From Ramazzottius varieornatus (taxonomy: Eukaryota; Animalia; Tardigrada), in the NCBI GenBank assembly GCA_001949185.1, contig BDGG01000002.1:5198448-5262447 (forward strand): a stretch of 64,000 nucleotides of DNA, given 5' to 3'. Every line of letters starts with the position of its first letter. Position 1 is the stretch's first letter. Below are positions 39,201 to 53,370 of the stretch, piece by piece. The notes beneath the pieces are model-generated. The model was given only the letters and a program-made list of their open reading frames with translations. It had not been told where the DNA came from and made no database searches. The translations under genes were made by a program, and so were the position numbers.

Positions 39201-41903
39201 TACCCGCGATTCCCGCGCGAGCTCCATGGCCTACGTTTCCACCGGCTACTTCAGAGAAATGGTAATCGCTGTCAAGGTCCTCCAGTGCGATGCTACGCAT
39301 ATATCGACCCTACATCTTTTCGAACTTCGACAGGTACTGACTGAACCATAGGAATTAACCAGAAACCTTCAGTTCCGCATAATAAACTTATACCGCGATG
39401 ATCACTGTAATGTCCATTAAATTTTGCAGCTACGTCAAATGATCCATGAACATATCGCTCGATTTTACGGTCTTTGTCAGGACCCCGCGACCCCGTGTAT
39501 TGTTACGGTCAGTTCCTCCTCACCACGCTTTGTCCCACTATACTGTACAGCGTCAAAACTTTCTCTCGGCCGATAAAGTCTAACAAGTTACAAATGTGCA
39601 AGTTACTCCTCTTGTTCTATAAAGGAATATTGTGCCAAAGGTAGTTTGACGAACTTGTTAGACAACGATGCGGTAAGAGCAACACGAAAGAGCACGATTT
39701 TATTTTGGTTCGAGTCCATAGTGGCGACCCTCTTCTTCCACAGGTGAACTTGGACTGGGCGTTCAAGTTTTCCCTGTTGAACGATATCGTAGACGTGAGT
39801 GTGTTCGGCCACTAGTGTTTTCCCCTTTGCTATTCCGTATGGCCTTTGCTATTCCGCAGGGTGTATTTTATGTCCACAACTCTCCGTTCAAATCTCACGG
39901 GCGGCTGACTTCCAACAACTGCCTGATTGACGGGAGGTTCATTGTAAAAATCGGCGACCTGGGACTGTCTTCGCTACGGCCATCTACGACGGCCTTGCAG
40001 CGTAGTTCTCTGGTGGACCAGACAGCGGACAGCTACAATGCTTTTCGCGCACTTCTTTGGCGGGCTCCCGAGCTTCTCAGGACTCCCATGCCGGCTAACG
40101 GGTGATTTCTCATTCTTAACTAATAAAAAAATATTTGAGACGTCAGAGAATAATTTCACCCAAATCATTGTCTGAAGTGGCGCATGTTTTCACGGGTTTT
40201 CGCTGAGAATGCGCGCTACTTGGAAAAACAACCACGGTAGATTCATTTGCCCGCGTCCCATGTAATCAAGAGACTTACGGTCATTTCTAGAACTCCGAAA
40301 GGCGACATTTACAGCTTCGCCATCATCTTACAACAAGTCATTCAGCGCACTGGGCCATTCGAACGGATAGACCAAGATACGGATCCGATCGACGTTGCCG
40401 GTAAGTGATACATCGAAAACAAACCACGTTTATTTGCATGCTCCTTCATAATTACGGTTCGAATATGCAGGTGATGAAGACGAACCATGCTTTTCGATAG
40501 ATTTAATTGCCCGGGTGCGTGACTGTATGATACCTCCCTACCGGCCCCGGGTTCCGTTTGATTTGTGTCCGCCCGAACTGTACACCATCATGCTGCACTG
40601 TTGGGCGGAAGAGCCTGACGACCGGTATGACGCACAGCGATTACGAAGCTTATTGAGAGCCGTTCCCGGAAACAAAAACCGAAATCTAATGGACGATCTG
40701 GTACTGTAAAAGACTATAAATCTCACAAACTGTAATCAACTTTTGTAGCTTTGTCATGTATCGACCTTTTGTTATGATTTCAGATGCGGCGGATGGAAAA
40801 ATATGCTAACGGTAATTTGGGAGTTTCTTTTCGCACAATTATATCCACCAGGACTTCGGCCTGAAAACGTGGCTTTTTAGACCTCGAAGACAAAGTAAAT
40901 GAGCGGACAGCAGAGTTTATGGATGAAAAGAAGCGCTCGGAAGACCTGCTGTACCAGATGCTGCCAAGGCAAGTCATGAATGCTACGCCTTAAGTACCGT
41001 AACTGCCTGCTGTACGAGTATATGAAGATACATATGTGATCTTTCAGACCAGTGGCAAATAAGCTCAAACAGGGGCATTTCGTGGAACCGGAGGCTTTCG
41101 ACATGGTCACTATATATTTCTCCGATATCGTGGGATTCACATCCCTATGCATGGACAGCACGCCCATGCAAGTTGTGGACCTTCTGAATGACCTTTACAC
41201 TCTATTCGACGGTGTCATTGAGCACTATGACGTTTACAAGGTTCGCTATACCTCCAATAAACTCAGTTTTTGTAACCAAGACTTTCCAATTGACCATCCA
41301 TTGGGTAGGTCGAAACTATTGGCGACGCATACGTGGTGAGTGAAAGAATTGGTTTTATAACCAAGTCTCCTGAAATCAAACACTGGAAACCGATATCCCA
41401 GCAGACAAGCTCGAATTTATTTTCCGCTTTTGCAGGTGGTCAGTGGCTTGCCGCAACGGAACGAGACGCGTCACGCTCTGGAGATATCGCGTATGTCGTT
41501 GCAAGTCATAGCAGCGCTCAATTCTTTCAGAATGAGACGTAAACCTGACGAACGGATACTCATCCGCATTGGCGTCCACTCAGGACCGGTAGCAGCCGGT
41601 AGGAACTCTCCCTTCTTCAGAACCTTATCCAATGGTCGCATTATGTACACAGACTTTGACGTTTATTTTTGTGCAGGTGTTGTTGGCCTGAAGATGCCGC
41701 GGTTCTGCATATTCGGGGACAGCGTCAACATCGCTTCCAGACTGGAATCCACAAGCGAACCGATGAGGGTTCAGATCAGCATATTCACCAAGCGGTTGCT
41801 CGACGGAAATAAAGACTTCCGGCTGGAGTTCCGCGGGGAGATCGAACTCAAAGGCCGAGGAACTATGGTCACTTACTGGTTGCAGTCGGCCACTGGCTCT
41901 TAA
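36259..41903 (+). CDS. Receptor-type guanylate cyclase (ANP-receptor/NPR-like)
   Basis: Signal peptide, ANF-receptor domain ([18 protein letters not shown]), TM segment, kinase-homology domain ([42 protein letters not shown]), cyclase domain ([46 protein letters not shown]). Confidence 0.93.
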
Positions 41904-42171
41904 TCGGTAACCTCAGCGGAAACTTCTAAAAACCTTCTCGTATTGAACACTGATTTTTCCACAATTTTGGAACGCCGAAAGTCTGACATCAAAGGGACTG
42001 TTAGCTTCCCGGAGCCTGATGGTTAACCCAATCAGTTTTCTTATTCTTGTACGTGGCAATTAGTCGGCATGCTCGAGCTCCTCCATATTTCGAGCCATCC
42101 AGTATCACTTTATGGGACATTTTGTTACAGTAATTCGTTAGTAATATGATGGACAAAGTTGGACAAAAAAC

Positions 42172-43310
42172 TCAGTGATGAATCCGTGACTTCTTCGGCA
42201 CCGGCTCGTCTTCAAGAGGTTCCAGCTCGTGGCTTCTAGAGAGGCCAGGTATAGTTCTCCGGCTCCCTTTGTGTTCCACCGGATTAGTGAACTCTTTGTT
42301 GCCCAGCTCGGTCGATTCGTTGACCAAGAGATGATATGACTCGTCGTCTTCGAGGCTGGCGGAAGAGTCCCTGGCCAAATGTCCGGCGTTCCACCATTCT
42401 TTGGCTTTCTTTGCTCTCCACCACACCAACAGGAATACAAACAAAAGGCCCATCAGGAAATAGCGGTACGCCCACAGGAAGGCCAGCAGTCGTCTCCACC
42501 ACGAACGATCGGGAGACCAATGTGTCAGAATATGCCAGTGCCAACAAACAGGCTTCCATAACGAAGCCACTTCGTCTTTACAGTCATAGGTATGGTGCCC
42601 GTATATAAGCTCTTCGACATCGATACCACCGGAAGCAGGACTTAACAAGAAAGAGAACTTTTGCAAGTTCTGAAGCAACCAGGAAGGCTCTACCTGCACC
42701 GCGTCCGAATACACCCGACGACAAAACATCTTGATCAAAATCAGATTTTAATATTTGAAGTAAAAAATCACCATATACTACAGGTTTCAGAAAGTTTAGA
42801 ACAGACTTTCGAGATCCTGCGAAAGTTAGATCAAGGCCCAGGCTTCTTTTTTCTTTCTTCCTGGGCAAAGAGCTCTCTCGCCAATCTAGGCACGCAGGGC
42901 GCAGCAAAACATTACCAGGTAACCAACACGAAGCCTGGAGCATGGTTTCGGCGAAGAAGAAAGAACAGATCTGCCCTGTACAAAAAGCAACGTGCATTAT
43001 TGCTTCTGGCGGAAGCAAGATCATTTCCGGTTGCACCTCGGACATTCAAACATATGCTTACTTATAAGTATCGAAAATTCCGCTGGTGTCGTGGATCTCG
43101 TGGTAGCGACTCTATGATTTCCTGCAGTCCAAGATCCGACAGCCTGTTATCCTCCGGACGAACAGTTTCAATTCCCGTATCTCCGTCGACATTTCCCTCA
43201 GGAACTTCGTTTGCAGGAATAATGGCATTTTGGTTGGGCAGCATTTCTTTCTTCCAGGAGTCTTCGGTCCCGAACAACGGAGGCAAGTCCACGTAGGCCC
43301 GCCGATCCAT
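42172..43310 (-). CDS. Uncharacterised membrane protein (one C-terminal TM helix)
   Basis: Spliced ORFs 43310-43070, 43045-42810 and 42740-42172; TM segment LLAFLWAYRYFLMGLLFVFLLVWW followed by RAKKAK. Confidence 0.55.
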
Positions 43311-43438
43311 GGCGCACAATGCTCGAACGTCTACATAGAGTCGTACGAATCAAAACATCCTCTCACAGAATACTGTAGAGCGTAGACTGTGGTTTGTGCG
43401 AAGATGTGGAAGACGGAATTAAGAAGCAGGCAGCATTA

Positions 43439-44065
43439 TAGTGCTGGCAACGATACGGTATATCGATATCGTATCGAAATATATCGAATTTTTGCGATAA
43501 AATACGCGGCAGATATGGTATCGAAAATATCGATATGAAGCTCATATCGAATAACGCAATAAAATATTCGGCGATATCGTATCGCGCCATATCGATATAT
43601 TTTCGATGTAACGGTATTTTGCTGAATGGCAAACTCGCCAGTGATATCTCGTTTACGGAAGACCATGGTTGATTTCAAAGACTTGATTTTGGCCATGGTG
43701 TACCGAGCACACTCCGCCCATTCGGTTCCAGTACAAATTCTGTCCAGATTTCCATGTGTTTGAAGTCTTGGTATAGTCATGTCTGTGCTGCATCCGACGC
43801 TTCCGATCTTAATCTTACTAATACTTTATGTGGAAACCGGCCTCTTGAGTTTTTGGGCTTGAACCAGTGAAATTCCGGAAAGATAAAATTCAAGAAATAT
43901 CGATATATCGCTGGGATATAATACGATATATCGAAAATACGGTAACGGAAAAATATCGTATCGAAATATCGATATCGAATGAATATCGAAGACCGCGATA
44001 AAATATCCGCCGATATTGTATCGAAAAATATCGTATCGAATTTTATCGTATTTTCGCCAGCATTA
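43439..44065. mobile_element. Non-autonomous hAT-like MITE with CGATA/TATCG subterminal arrays
   Basis: Imperfect TIRs tagtgctggcaacgatacg / (rc) taatgctggcgaaaatacg; dense atcgat/atcgta/cgatat repeats in both subterminal ~180-nt blocks; near-matching flanks ggcagcat (43429-36) and ggcagcaa (44066-73). Confidence 0.75.
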
Positions 44066-45056
44066 GGCAGCAAATCTGTTTCCCTAAACTTTCAAAAATC
44101 AATAACGGAAGAGCCCTCAAGGGAGAACGAACAGGCGTGCTTAGGCTAGACCCGGGAATGGTGGGAAAACGACCACCCTAAACGGCTCTGATCTACAAGA
44201 CCGGGAAATTCCCATCCTGGAAGAACAGAGTGGGAACGGCAGGACGAGAAAGCTGGGAATTAGGACCAAGATGGGAATGTTGGTTTCTGTGACATAATTA
44301 CAGTACAACCGGAGGCAGAGTAAGGCAGTACCGAATGGGTAACCAGCTGAGGTAGTAAGAACCGAGCAGAATGTTTGGCGGTCCTCATCACGTACCTCCA
44401 AACATTCGGCAGTACGGATAGCCTACAGATGAGTATGTAAGTGGATGACAGGATCGCCGACGGTTCTCGTTAACGTCCGGGTCTAATGTACATTTTCAAA
44501 TCCTGTCTTTGGGTTGTTGTTGCTACGACTGGACATCGCGAATTGAATCGTTACTACAAGCAGAAGCTGTGTCTTATGAAAGACGTAGCGCTGGTCAGTC
44601 GAGGGTCCGTTGTTGCAAAGCTCCCCACAAACAGCTCCCCACATGCAAGCGGCTGAAATATTTTTAGCCACGGCTGAGAACGGCTAAAGCGGCTTATTTT
44701 AGCTTCGCCGAGCCTTCTATATGCGAGAATTGATTCAATGCACTCGCGGTCGAAATCAATAGCAGTGAAGTGTGGCACAAGATCAAATGGCGGTTTTATT
44801 GATATGCGCTACATCGTTCCCTATCGTAGATTGGTTTGCTAGCCGAGGTCTGCGAACAGGCACTCAGTCAGGGGTTTGCCCATGGCAAAACCAGGGATAG
44901 TTTTCTCGTATAGAAATTCAGAAAATCGTCGTCGGTCGCGGATCTGGGGAGGTTCTGAAGGTAATAGTTGGAGTTATACCAGAGATATTAGAGGAGGATC
45001 TCTGGTTATACTGTGATGTTCAAATCTAGTTCGTGAGAATTCTGCTGGGGTAGGGA

Positions 45057-47208
45057 ATGGACCCCACAACTATGTCGCTTTGTGGGAAGCGGATAGTGGA
45101 CAATCTGCGGTCGGAGACGGAGCTCGCCTACGACCACTGCGCCAACAATGCTATGTTTGTCATTAGCACATTACTGGACATCATGGAGGAGCGGTCAGTT
45201 CTGTCGTTGGACCTGCTTACTTTAAAGGTTAGAACAAGTGGTCAGCTGCTTGTAGTTGAAACGCAAAGTCTGGAATCTAAGACAATCGTAACATCTTTCA
45301 GAAACTCCAGCAAGAAATCATCGTTTCGCAGGATAACTTGGTAAGAAACTACGCCTATCTCAGCTTCACGAAACGCTTTGGTTTTAGCTACCTTTACCTT
45401 TGTAGAGTGCGGAAGAAGTTCGAGGAAGTCGGGATTACAAGCAAGCAGTCTTGTTGATGCACGAGCTAGAGTCGTATAGAAAAGGATCCGATAACCGTGA
45501 GGTACTGTAGATATTGCCGGAAGCCAGTTTGGAATCATCGCTGTATGTACAGTGCCGAGAGCTCGTTGACTACGTGTCTTCCAACCGTGGTTTATTTTTT
45601 CAGATGATGTGGCAAGGAGGAAACTGGAATAGGAATAACGATAACTGGAACAGTCCAGTGAAAATTATTTCCTCCATGCAAGATATTTTTGTAAGTTACA
45701 AGCATGTATCATGGACTCGCATATACTGTAGTTGACTTCAGTGCCGAAGCCATGCATCTCACTAACCAAATCTTCTGTGCAGGAAAAAGCGAACCCCCTG
45801 ATACTGCGTGAAGTGGTCGAATATCCGGGAAACGGTAGCGTAGGCGAGTTCCAGTTGGTTGACTTGTTAGCGGATGAACTCCAGTGGGTTCTCCAAAGTC
45901 TCGAACCTGCCAGTCCTTCTTCTGCGTCTCAATGCTCGAACAAAGTTTGCTCACTCCTCCTCGCATCTGCACGGATACAGCCCAAAGCTGTCGACATCAT
46001 CTCATCATCACCGACACTGCGCTCCACGATTTTTCGTCTAATGATGAGGTTAGCTACTCTAGAGCCGCCGCCTACGCTTGTACGGTACAGCTACTCTCAT
46101 CACCCAGGAGGTCGTATCCACAATAACCTGCCTCTTCTGAAGCTGGCTACCCTCGCGATGTCGGCGGCTTTCCGAGAACCAAGTTCACTGGGCGACATGA
46201 TTGACGAAGGTACAAGATGAAACCGCAATTCCAGAATTCTCAGTGAAATTTTTTCTCATTACAGAGTCTGCCGAAGCTGCTTTTCCCCAACTGAAGGAGT
46301 GTGTAGACATGCTGCTCTTTCAGTCGTTCGATTCTTACGATGACACGGTTGTAACAATCCAGCAGCAGTTGGTCGCTTTCTGGATCTCTTTGTCATCGTT
46401 TCTTCCCCTGCCGTTGGTCGAACAAAAGAGCCATCTGTTTTCCTTTCCGAGTTTACTGAACAAGGCAGTTGAAAACCGGATAGCTGCCGGGTACAACGAT
46501 GTCCTCAGGCAGCTGGAAACTGTCGTGGAGACTGCAGTCGACTGGTGGAATCACGAGCTTCAGGGTTCCGTCTTGGACCGTAAGCATGTCATGAAAATGA
46601 GCAACCTACGACATTCTTACGAACGAGCACAGATGCTTTATCCAAGGTTTCGTCCCGCAGGAAACGACCTCGAAAAGGACTTTGGACTCGCCGAGCCTGT
46701 CTCGCTAACTGCGAGATTCTTGGCCGAATTGGTCGTATGTACGTACAATTATGGGTCGAATGGTAGGGACGACATAATCAAGTTCTCCACGGCAAATGAA
46801 GCTACCGAGGATCGCGGTACCTTTCTTGTGTCACGAAGCTCCTGCGACGTGCTGAGAACGATATGCGAGAGGATCATGACTGACCACAGCCCTGAAGACA
46901 AGGTAATGTTGTATCGTACTACTGTAAACGACCTTGCCGCTGTATAGCCAGTTCGAGTGATAATAACGTCCGATCACTGTTCAATTCATGCAGATACATA
47001 CAGAGGCCGAAAAGCTGCTTCAGATAATAGCCAAAGTTCGCTCTTGATCCCGGAGAACCTGGTGAAGATCCTTCTACAATCATACATTCCGTTTACCAAG
47101 ATTAGTGATATCTCAACCACGACGCTAGAGAAGTCTCTCAAAATATTTTGTCTGGTGATACGAACTTCGTCTGCATTGTTATACGATAACAAAAGATATT
47201 CAATCTAG
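45057..47208 (+). CDS. Uncharacterised Leu-rich helical protein (multi-exon)
   Basis: Successive + strand ORFs (45057, 45514, 45732, 46201, 46957) linked by GT-AG sites; no family motif recognised. Confidence 0.5.
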
Positions 47209-47519
47209 TGTAAAAAGTCGATCACAGCAAATCGAAAAGAAGCCATTACCCTTGCGAAAGCGAGAAGACAACTCGAGTAAGTAAAAACGGCTGCGTCAGA
47301 CAAAAGCAAAACGTTACTTCAGCCTTTGATAGCTACACACAACGTCGTATTGAAAAATATACTGGCGAACTTCAGCAAACGAAGCAGGAGAGTAGCCATC
47401 GTTGTCGGAACAAGCTTCCTGCAAATCAGGAAAAAGTCTTCCTGATGACCTGTGTAACGCCATTTCACGAATAAGACACGCAGATTATGGGATGAATCGT
47501 TAGTACCCGAGAAAGGCAA

Positions 47520-49087
47520 TTAGGGAAGCTCGTCGTTGCCGTCCTCGTCGTCTTCCGTGTCGTCACCGCTGAGCGCGTCGTAAGAGTCGTCATACCCCAA
47601 GAACTCGTGGATATTGTCATTGTCGTCCACGCCGTCCAGGAAGTCGCTCAGCTGGAAAGGATGCAGGAAACGAGCGCCCGAGTTGCCGCCCTCGACGATT
47701 CTTTTGGGTCTAGGATCCGGCACTGAAGACGGAGAACATAAAGGACTACATACCTCGAATCATATTTCACAAAACACTACTAATAACTCACAGTCAACTC
47801 TGGTACCATCCTTCGATGTATGAAGGAACCAGCATTTTCCACCAAACGCACATTTTCCTTCTCCCTGAGCAAAGTTCCTGCATGGACGTTTTCTGAAAAC
47901 AAACAACAACATATGAGGCGGGTGAACTTATCAAAAGACTCAGACAACCCTTACCCCATGGCGCTTTTGTAGTCCGCAATGACGCTTTGTCGCTCTTCTT
48001 GAGAATCAGGCCACAAACGGCTCGGGATAACGTAATTCGAGTGTACGCGACACTCGGGGCACGATCTAGCAGGAAAAAGCACCTTATCACAAGCCTAAAG
48101 ATTAACTACACTCTTCCCTATAAATTCAGACCTAGTAATTTCTTCACCTTATAGCCCCCCTGTCGATAGTTTCCTTCGACTGTCTCCGCCAATTCATGAT
48201 ACATTCAAAACAGAACGTATGCCCACAGTTCTCCAGAATACCAAACCGCTGCTTGGACCTATCAGTATTTTCCAGCACGAGTTCCATACAGATCGAACAG
48301 GCCTTCTCCGAACTGCGTTGTACGGCGAACGCCAGTTTCATCTCTTTCTCAAGAGCAGCATTGCACTCCTGGAAGAGATGAAAGATTAGTATGTTTACAG
48401 AATGAGGTAAAACTCGACAAGGAAGTCTTTTTACGCTTTCATGAGCAAGTCTTTGTTCCTCATCGTACGGGTGGAGAACCTGGCATCCACAGGTTTCACA
48501 CAGATCCCCATGGGTGTATTCGCAGTCATCTCCCATAGGACAGACACCGCAACGAGCATACTGGCAAAGTTCGGTTGATCGAACTCTACCCATGGGCTCA
48601 TCCGGAGTCGCAGAGGCTCGTGAAGTCCGCGGTTTCGCAGCTTGCGCGTACGACAGCGGTGGGAACTCTTCTACAAGTATAAACAATTAGACGAAACGTT
48701 ACTTAAATTAACCAGTACTTCAATTTGTACAGCTTATCCCACCATCAGGCTCTTGACTTTCTTCTTCCTCTTTCGAGCCACTGTCGAGCTGCCACGGACT
48801 CTTTGAAGCACCACCGAGTGGGACAAACTTCTCTGGGACATGTCGAACTACGCTTGAACCTTTCGGTCGAACATGGTCGTACCTAAAAATGAGGTCGTAA
48901 AGCGTTTCGTGGATGACGGAAGCTCGGATACGTACCAACACCGGTCTCCATACATGCAGCTTCCAGCAAGAAAATATTCACACGTGTTGTCAACAGGAGC
49001 GTTTCGGTCGTGAAGGTATTGGCAGTCACTTCGATTGCAAAGACCTCTGGTGAAGAACCGACACAGCTTCGTTCCTGATTGTGCCAT
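47520..49087 (-). CDS. MKRN: Makorin RING/C3H zinc-finger E3 ligase
   Basis: C3H fingers CRFFTRGLCNRSDCQYLH and CEYFLAGSCMYGDRCWYDH, Cys-His motif HGDLCETCG..LHP, RING CSICMELV...FGILENCGHTFCFECIMNWR, acidic tail. Confidence 0.92.
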
Positions 49088-50337
49088 TCTGGTCCTGGAG
49101 CGCGCCTAAAGAATGAATTTGACCTAATTAACAAGTTCGACACATCCATATATCGCGAGTTTCACCAGTCTGCCGTAAAACCGTTCTCCTTTATTTTCAA
49201 GAGCATCTTACAGTTCACGAATATAAGCTTGCAATCTCGGGTAACTGATGAGGCCACTTTGAACCATAGACTAAAGACTGTAACGATTTGAAAATCGACA
49301 CTGGTTAACGTCAACTTAAAGACAGAAGCATAAGACCAAAATCGTACCTCGAACGTACTAACGCTTCCACTTCCGGCTGCTGCAGTCTCGGGGCGCGGTG
49401 CCTAAGGTGAGGATCAAAGGTGTTATGGACGTATCGACCAACACCGAATATCTTCCACAATCGCGGCCGGCTTCAGATTTCGAAAGGGATGTGGGAGGTC
49501 GACAGAGCCACCACTCCTAAAGAAAGGAAGAAAATAAACGGAGCAGACTTTTCACTTTCGAAAAAACGCAAAATGAATTTCGAATTTTCTTTGCTCGGCC
49601 CAGATCAGCATGGAATGTGGAACCTATAACGATCTAGCCAGTAGCCTACGCGTTTTGCAGCCAATCTCAGTGTTTCACCTGGGTAATGACTCAAAGTCTG
49701 GTCTCCCGCCGGACGGGGCCCCTTGCGCCCTTCGCAGTAATTGTTGTTTGTGCCAGGAGTTTGACCTCGTCGTTCTGGAGTCTGGACAAATTTTCAGAGG
49801 CAGGTTCTACCGTTTCTGGTGGAAAGCTTCATCACCCCCACTCGGGCTTCATCGTCATCTGGAGTTTTGGACTCGAAAAATTTGCGTTATCATTGTCCCT
49901 CTGGAGCATACTTCTCGAAGCTTGGACGACGCTAGCAGCCATCTCGGAGAAAGAAGGTAATATGTTCTGAACATTTGAACCTACAAGTAGTACTGCAAGT
50001 GCAAGCTGTCAGAGCTGGCTAAAGTGGCTATATGGTCGGGGGCAGTATACAGTACAGGGTCAGGACTTGAATATCGATCCACTCTACTCATTACGAATTA
50101 TAAGCTGTCTTCGCCTTCGCCGAAGTTTGTTAGAGTTCAGCACGGAGAGCTGGACGTCTGTGTCTGGTAAATTCTGGCCTCTGTAGTCTAACTGGCATAC
50201 TGTCTATTACCAACCCACGCTAATTACAAGTCCGGATGAGAGACATCCTGGGTTCACAGACCTATAACTACAATTTTACCACGCTGTTATACCGTGTTAT
50301 TCTTTTGCAGATTTGACTAATCCACTCGAATCTTACT

Positions 50338-52767
50338 ATGGATGAAGAGTACGATGCCATCGTCTGCGGGACGGGTTTGACTGTAAGCCAGTTACCGTTT
50401 GTTTGTGGTGCAGGCTTTTCCGTACTTCATCTTAACTTGGGGGCACGAGTTGCATATATAAGGATCTCTCCTTGCAGGAGTGCATCATCAGTGGAATGCT
50501 ATCCGTTAGCGGAAAGAGAGTCTTGCATGTGGACAGGAACAAGTACTATGGTGGTGACAGTGCTTCCATCACACCCTTGGAAGACGTAAGTTCCGTGGTT
50601 ATCAAAGTTGCTGTCGTCTCATGTTTCGGAAATTAGAAGTTCGTTCTAACCATCTGGAGTTTCTGGCACTCTGTTCATGATCGTTCGTTTATTGTTTCTC
50701 AGTTATACGCGAAGTTCAACGCGGGTAGCATTCTCCCCGAGATGGGAAGAGGGCGTGACTGGAATGTGGACTTAATTCCCAAGTTCTTGATGGCGAATGG
50801 TAGGACTCCTTTTGGGTGGCTCTTCCTGCTTAATAGTTTTTCTATTGATTACATTTGATATGCTGTAGGCGAACTTGTCCGCCTCTTGATCCACACTGGC
50901 GTAACGCGTTATCTGGAGTTCAAGTCTGTCGAGGGTAGTTTTGTCTACAAGCAAGGCAAAATCCACAAAGTCCCAGCTGACGAGAAAGAAGCTCTAGCAT
51001 CTGGTTTGTTGTTGCTCTCTTTGTGAAAGTGATATGATGAATACTTTGGACGATTGTGTACGTTCAACTTTCAGGCCTGATGGGCTTGTTCGAGAAACGC
51101 CGGTTCCGCAACTTCCTCATATTCGTTATGGAGTTCGACGAGAATGATCCCAAGACGTGGAAAGATGTGGACCCGAAACGAACAACGATGAACGAAGTCT
51201 ATCAAAAATACGGTCTGGACCAGAACACGGCGGACTTCACCGGACACGCGCTAGCTCTACATACTACAGACGAGTAGGACCGGATTCGGAATCGCAGTTG
51301 GATTTCCGACACTTTGATAAAAGCTTTTTGTGATATTTTGTTGTATTTTTCAGGTACATCACGCAACCATGTGGACCCACTCTGGCCAGGATCAAAATGT
51401 ATCAAGAATCATTGGCAAGATACGGCAAGAGTCCTTATCTGTACCCGCTGTACGGCTTGGGAGAGCTGCCGCAAGGCTTTGCCAGGTACTTCCTTCGTTC
51501 TAAAGATCCTCGTTTCGTCCTAACTTGTGCGCATTCATAGACAGTGTATCGTTTTGGTTGGCAGGTTGAGCGCCATTTACGGAGGTACCTACATGTTAGA
51601 TAAGCCGGTGGAGGAGATCGTATTTGAGAACGGCAAGGTTGTCGGTGTCCGCAGCGGTAGCGAGGTTGCCCGCTGCAAGCAAGTCTACTGCGACCCATCA
51701 TACGCTCCGGATCGGGTTAGGAAAATTGGCCAGGTTAGTCGGTATAGACTGTGCAGTCATTTTCTCGAGATTGGCTGGCTAATTTCACTAGACTGTTTCT
51801 CTGTGTACAGGTGATTCGATGCATCTGCCTGATCGACCACCCTATCCCGAACACGAACAACGCTCTTTCTACTCAAATCATCATTCCCCAGAACCAAGTC
51901 GGTCGAAAGAACGGTATGTTAGATCCTTAAGGCAACACAATGTCGTATACAGTCCGGTCGATCGAAATCTGGTACCTATTTCTCCGATTTTGTTTTGAAG
52001 TCTGCTATACGTTCGCCATACAGCACGACAAGCCAAGGCCGAAATTACATCACCCATAAATTACACCGTAGCTTTACTGGTGTGATCGAGTAATCAACCT
52101 GCATGTGGACCGGCTGTGTCGGTATGGCTCGCAGCATCGTTAATTTTGCACGATTTCTTTATTTTGAAATCGCAAAATCAGGTACCAGATTTCGAGCGAC
52201 CGGACTGTACAACGGCGTCGTGTATGTATATATTAACTCCGCATACAGTAAGGAACTCCACACACGAGAAGGTATGTAGTCATTCGAATGTTTTTCTCGT
52301 AGATATCTACATTTCGTGTGTCTCGACCACCCATCAAGTCGCGGCCAAGGGCTGGTTCATTGCCATGGTCAGTACAACTGTGGAGACAGGGAACCCGGAA
52401 GCGGAAATCAAGGTCGGCTTGGAACTCCTCGGCCCGATCCGTCAAAAGTGAGTCCTTCCTCTGCTTTTTCATATTTCAAACTTACGAAGGCTATACAGTA
52501 GTTTAATATGCAGTAGTCTCGCCGCACTCTCGCGAAGGAGGTTGCTCATGGGTTTTGTTATTCTTCGGTTTCAGGTTCGTGTCGGTGAGTGACTTGTTTG
52601 CTCCAACGGATTTAGGTCTCGAAAGCCAGGTGTTTGTATCGAAGTCCTACGACGCGACCTCTCACTTTGAATCGACTTGCGATGATGTCCTTGACATCTT
52701 CAAACGAGGAACTGGAGAACAGTTCGACTTCAGCAAAGTCAACCATACCACTCTTGGCGAGGAATGA
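50338..52767 (+). CDS. GDI1: Rab GDP dissociation inhibitor
   Basis: [93 protein letters not shown]. Confidence 0.97.
51950..52207. mobile_element. Tc1/mariner-type MITE in a GDI intron
   Basis: 28-bp TIRs cagtccggtcgatcgaaatctggtacct / (rc) cagtccggtcgctcgaaatctggtacct with one mismatch, flanked by TA on both sides (51948-49, 52208-09); 258 bp, no coding capacity. Confidence 0.9.
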
Positions 52768-53370
52768 TCTTCCATACATATTTTATGTTCTCATTTAGTA
52801 CTCACTAATCATTCATCCATGTTGTGTATGGTACACGAGTCCTGTTTCATCCTCGTCGCCGCGATTTCGAAGACAAATGAATTTTATCGTCATTGTTTAT
52901 GTTCGGTCTTTTTTTGTTAGCTCGCTTTACTAGTATGCATTCCTTACGGTCGAACGAACATTGTTTTTTAACCACCTTTGAAGCTCAGGTTCAGTTATGC
53001 TAGCGTTTTTTATTCGGTCAACAGTGTTGTCGTATACTATTGCCTGTTGGCCCTGTTCAGTAAACTATGCGTTCCGTATCACTTGTCTTATTTGGTTCCT
53101 GCCGCACTTCGGAATCGAGCGTTCCTGTAAGAGCACCAAAGCCAGCAGAAGATTTTGTGATTTCGTAAATTTCTCACAACACACAACGAGACAGCATTCA
53201 AAATATACTAAAAAGACCAGTGACGAAATGCACACAGGATTCCAGACAATCAACGTTTGTTCAAACAAGCTGACGTCTCCAAAAGCCATCCCGAAGATTT
53301 CAGTTACTCAAGTGAAGATAACTTCCACACCATAAACCGCAAAACCAGGCCACTACTGTGCATGCTCTTT

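Noticed and set aside
43439-44065. CRISPR-like or satellite array
   Set aside because: There is no constant repeat with unique spacers, the context is eukaryotic, and the pattern fits transposon subterminal repeats.
43363-44073. ORFs rich in RYRY/IFDTI
   Set aside because: They are translations of the ATCGAT subterminal repeats of the MITE.
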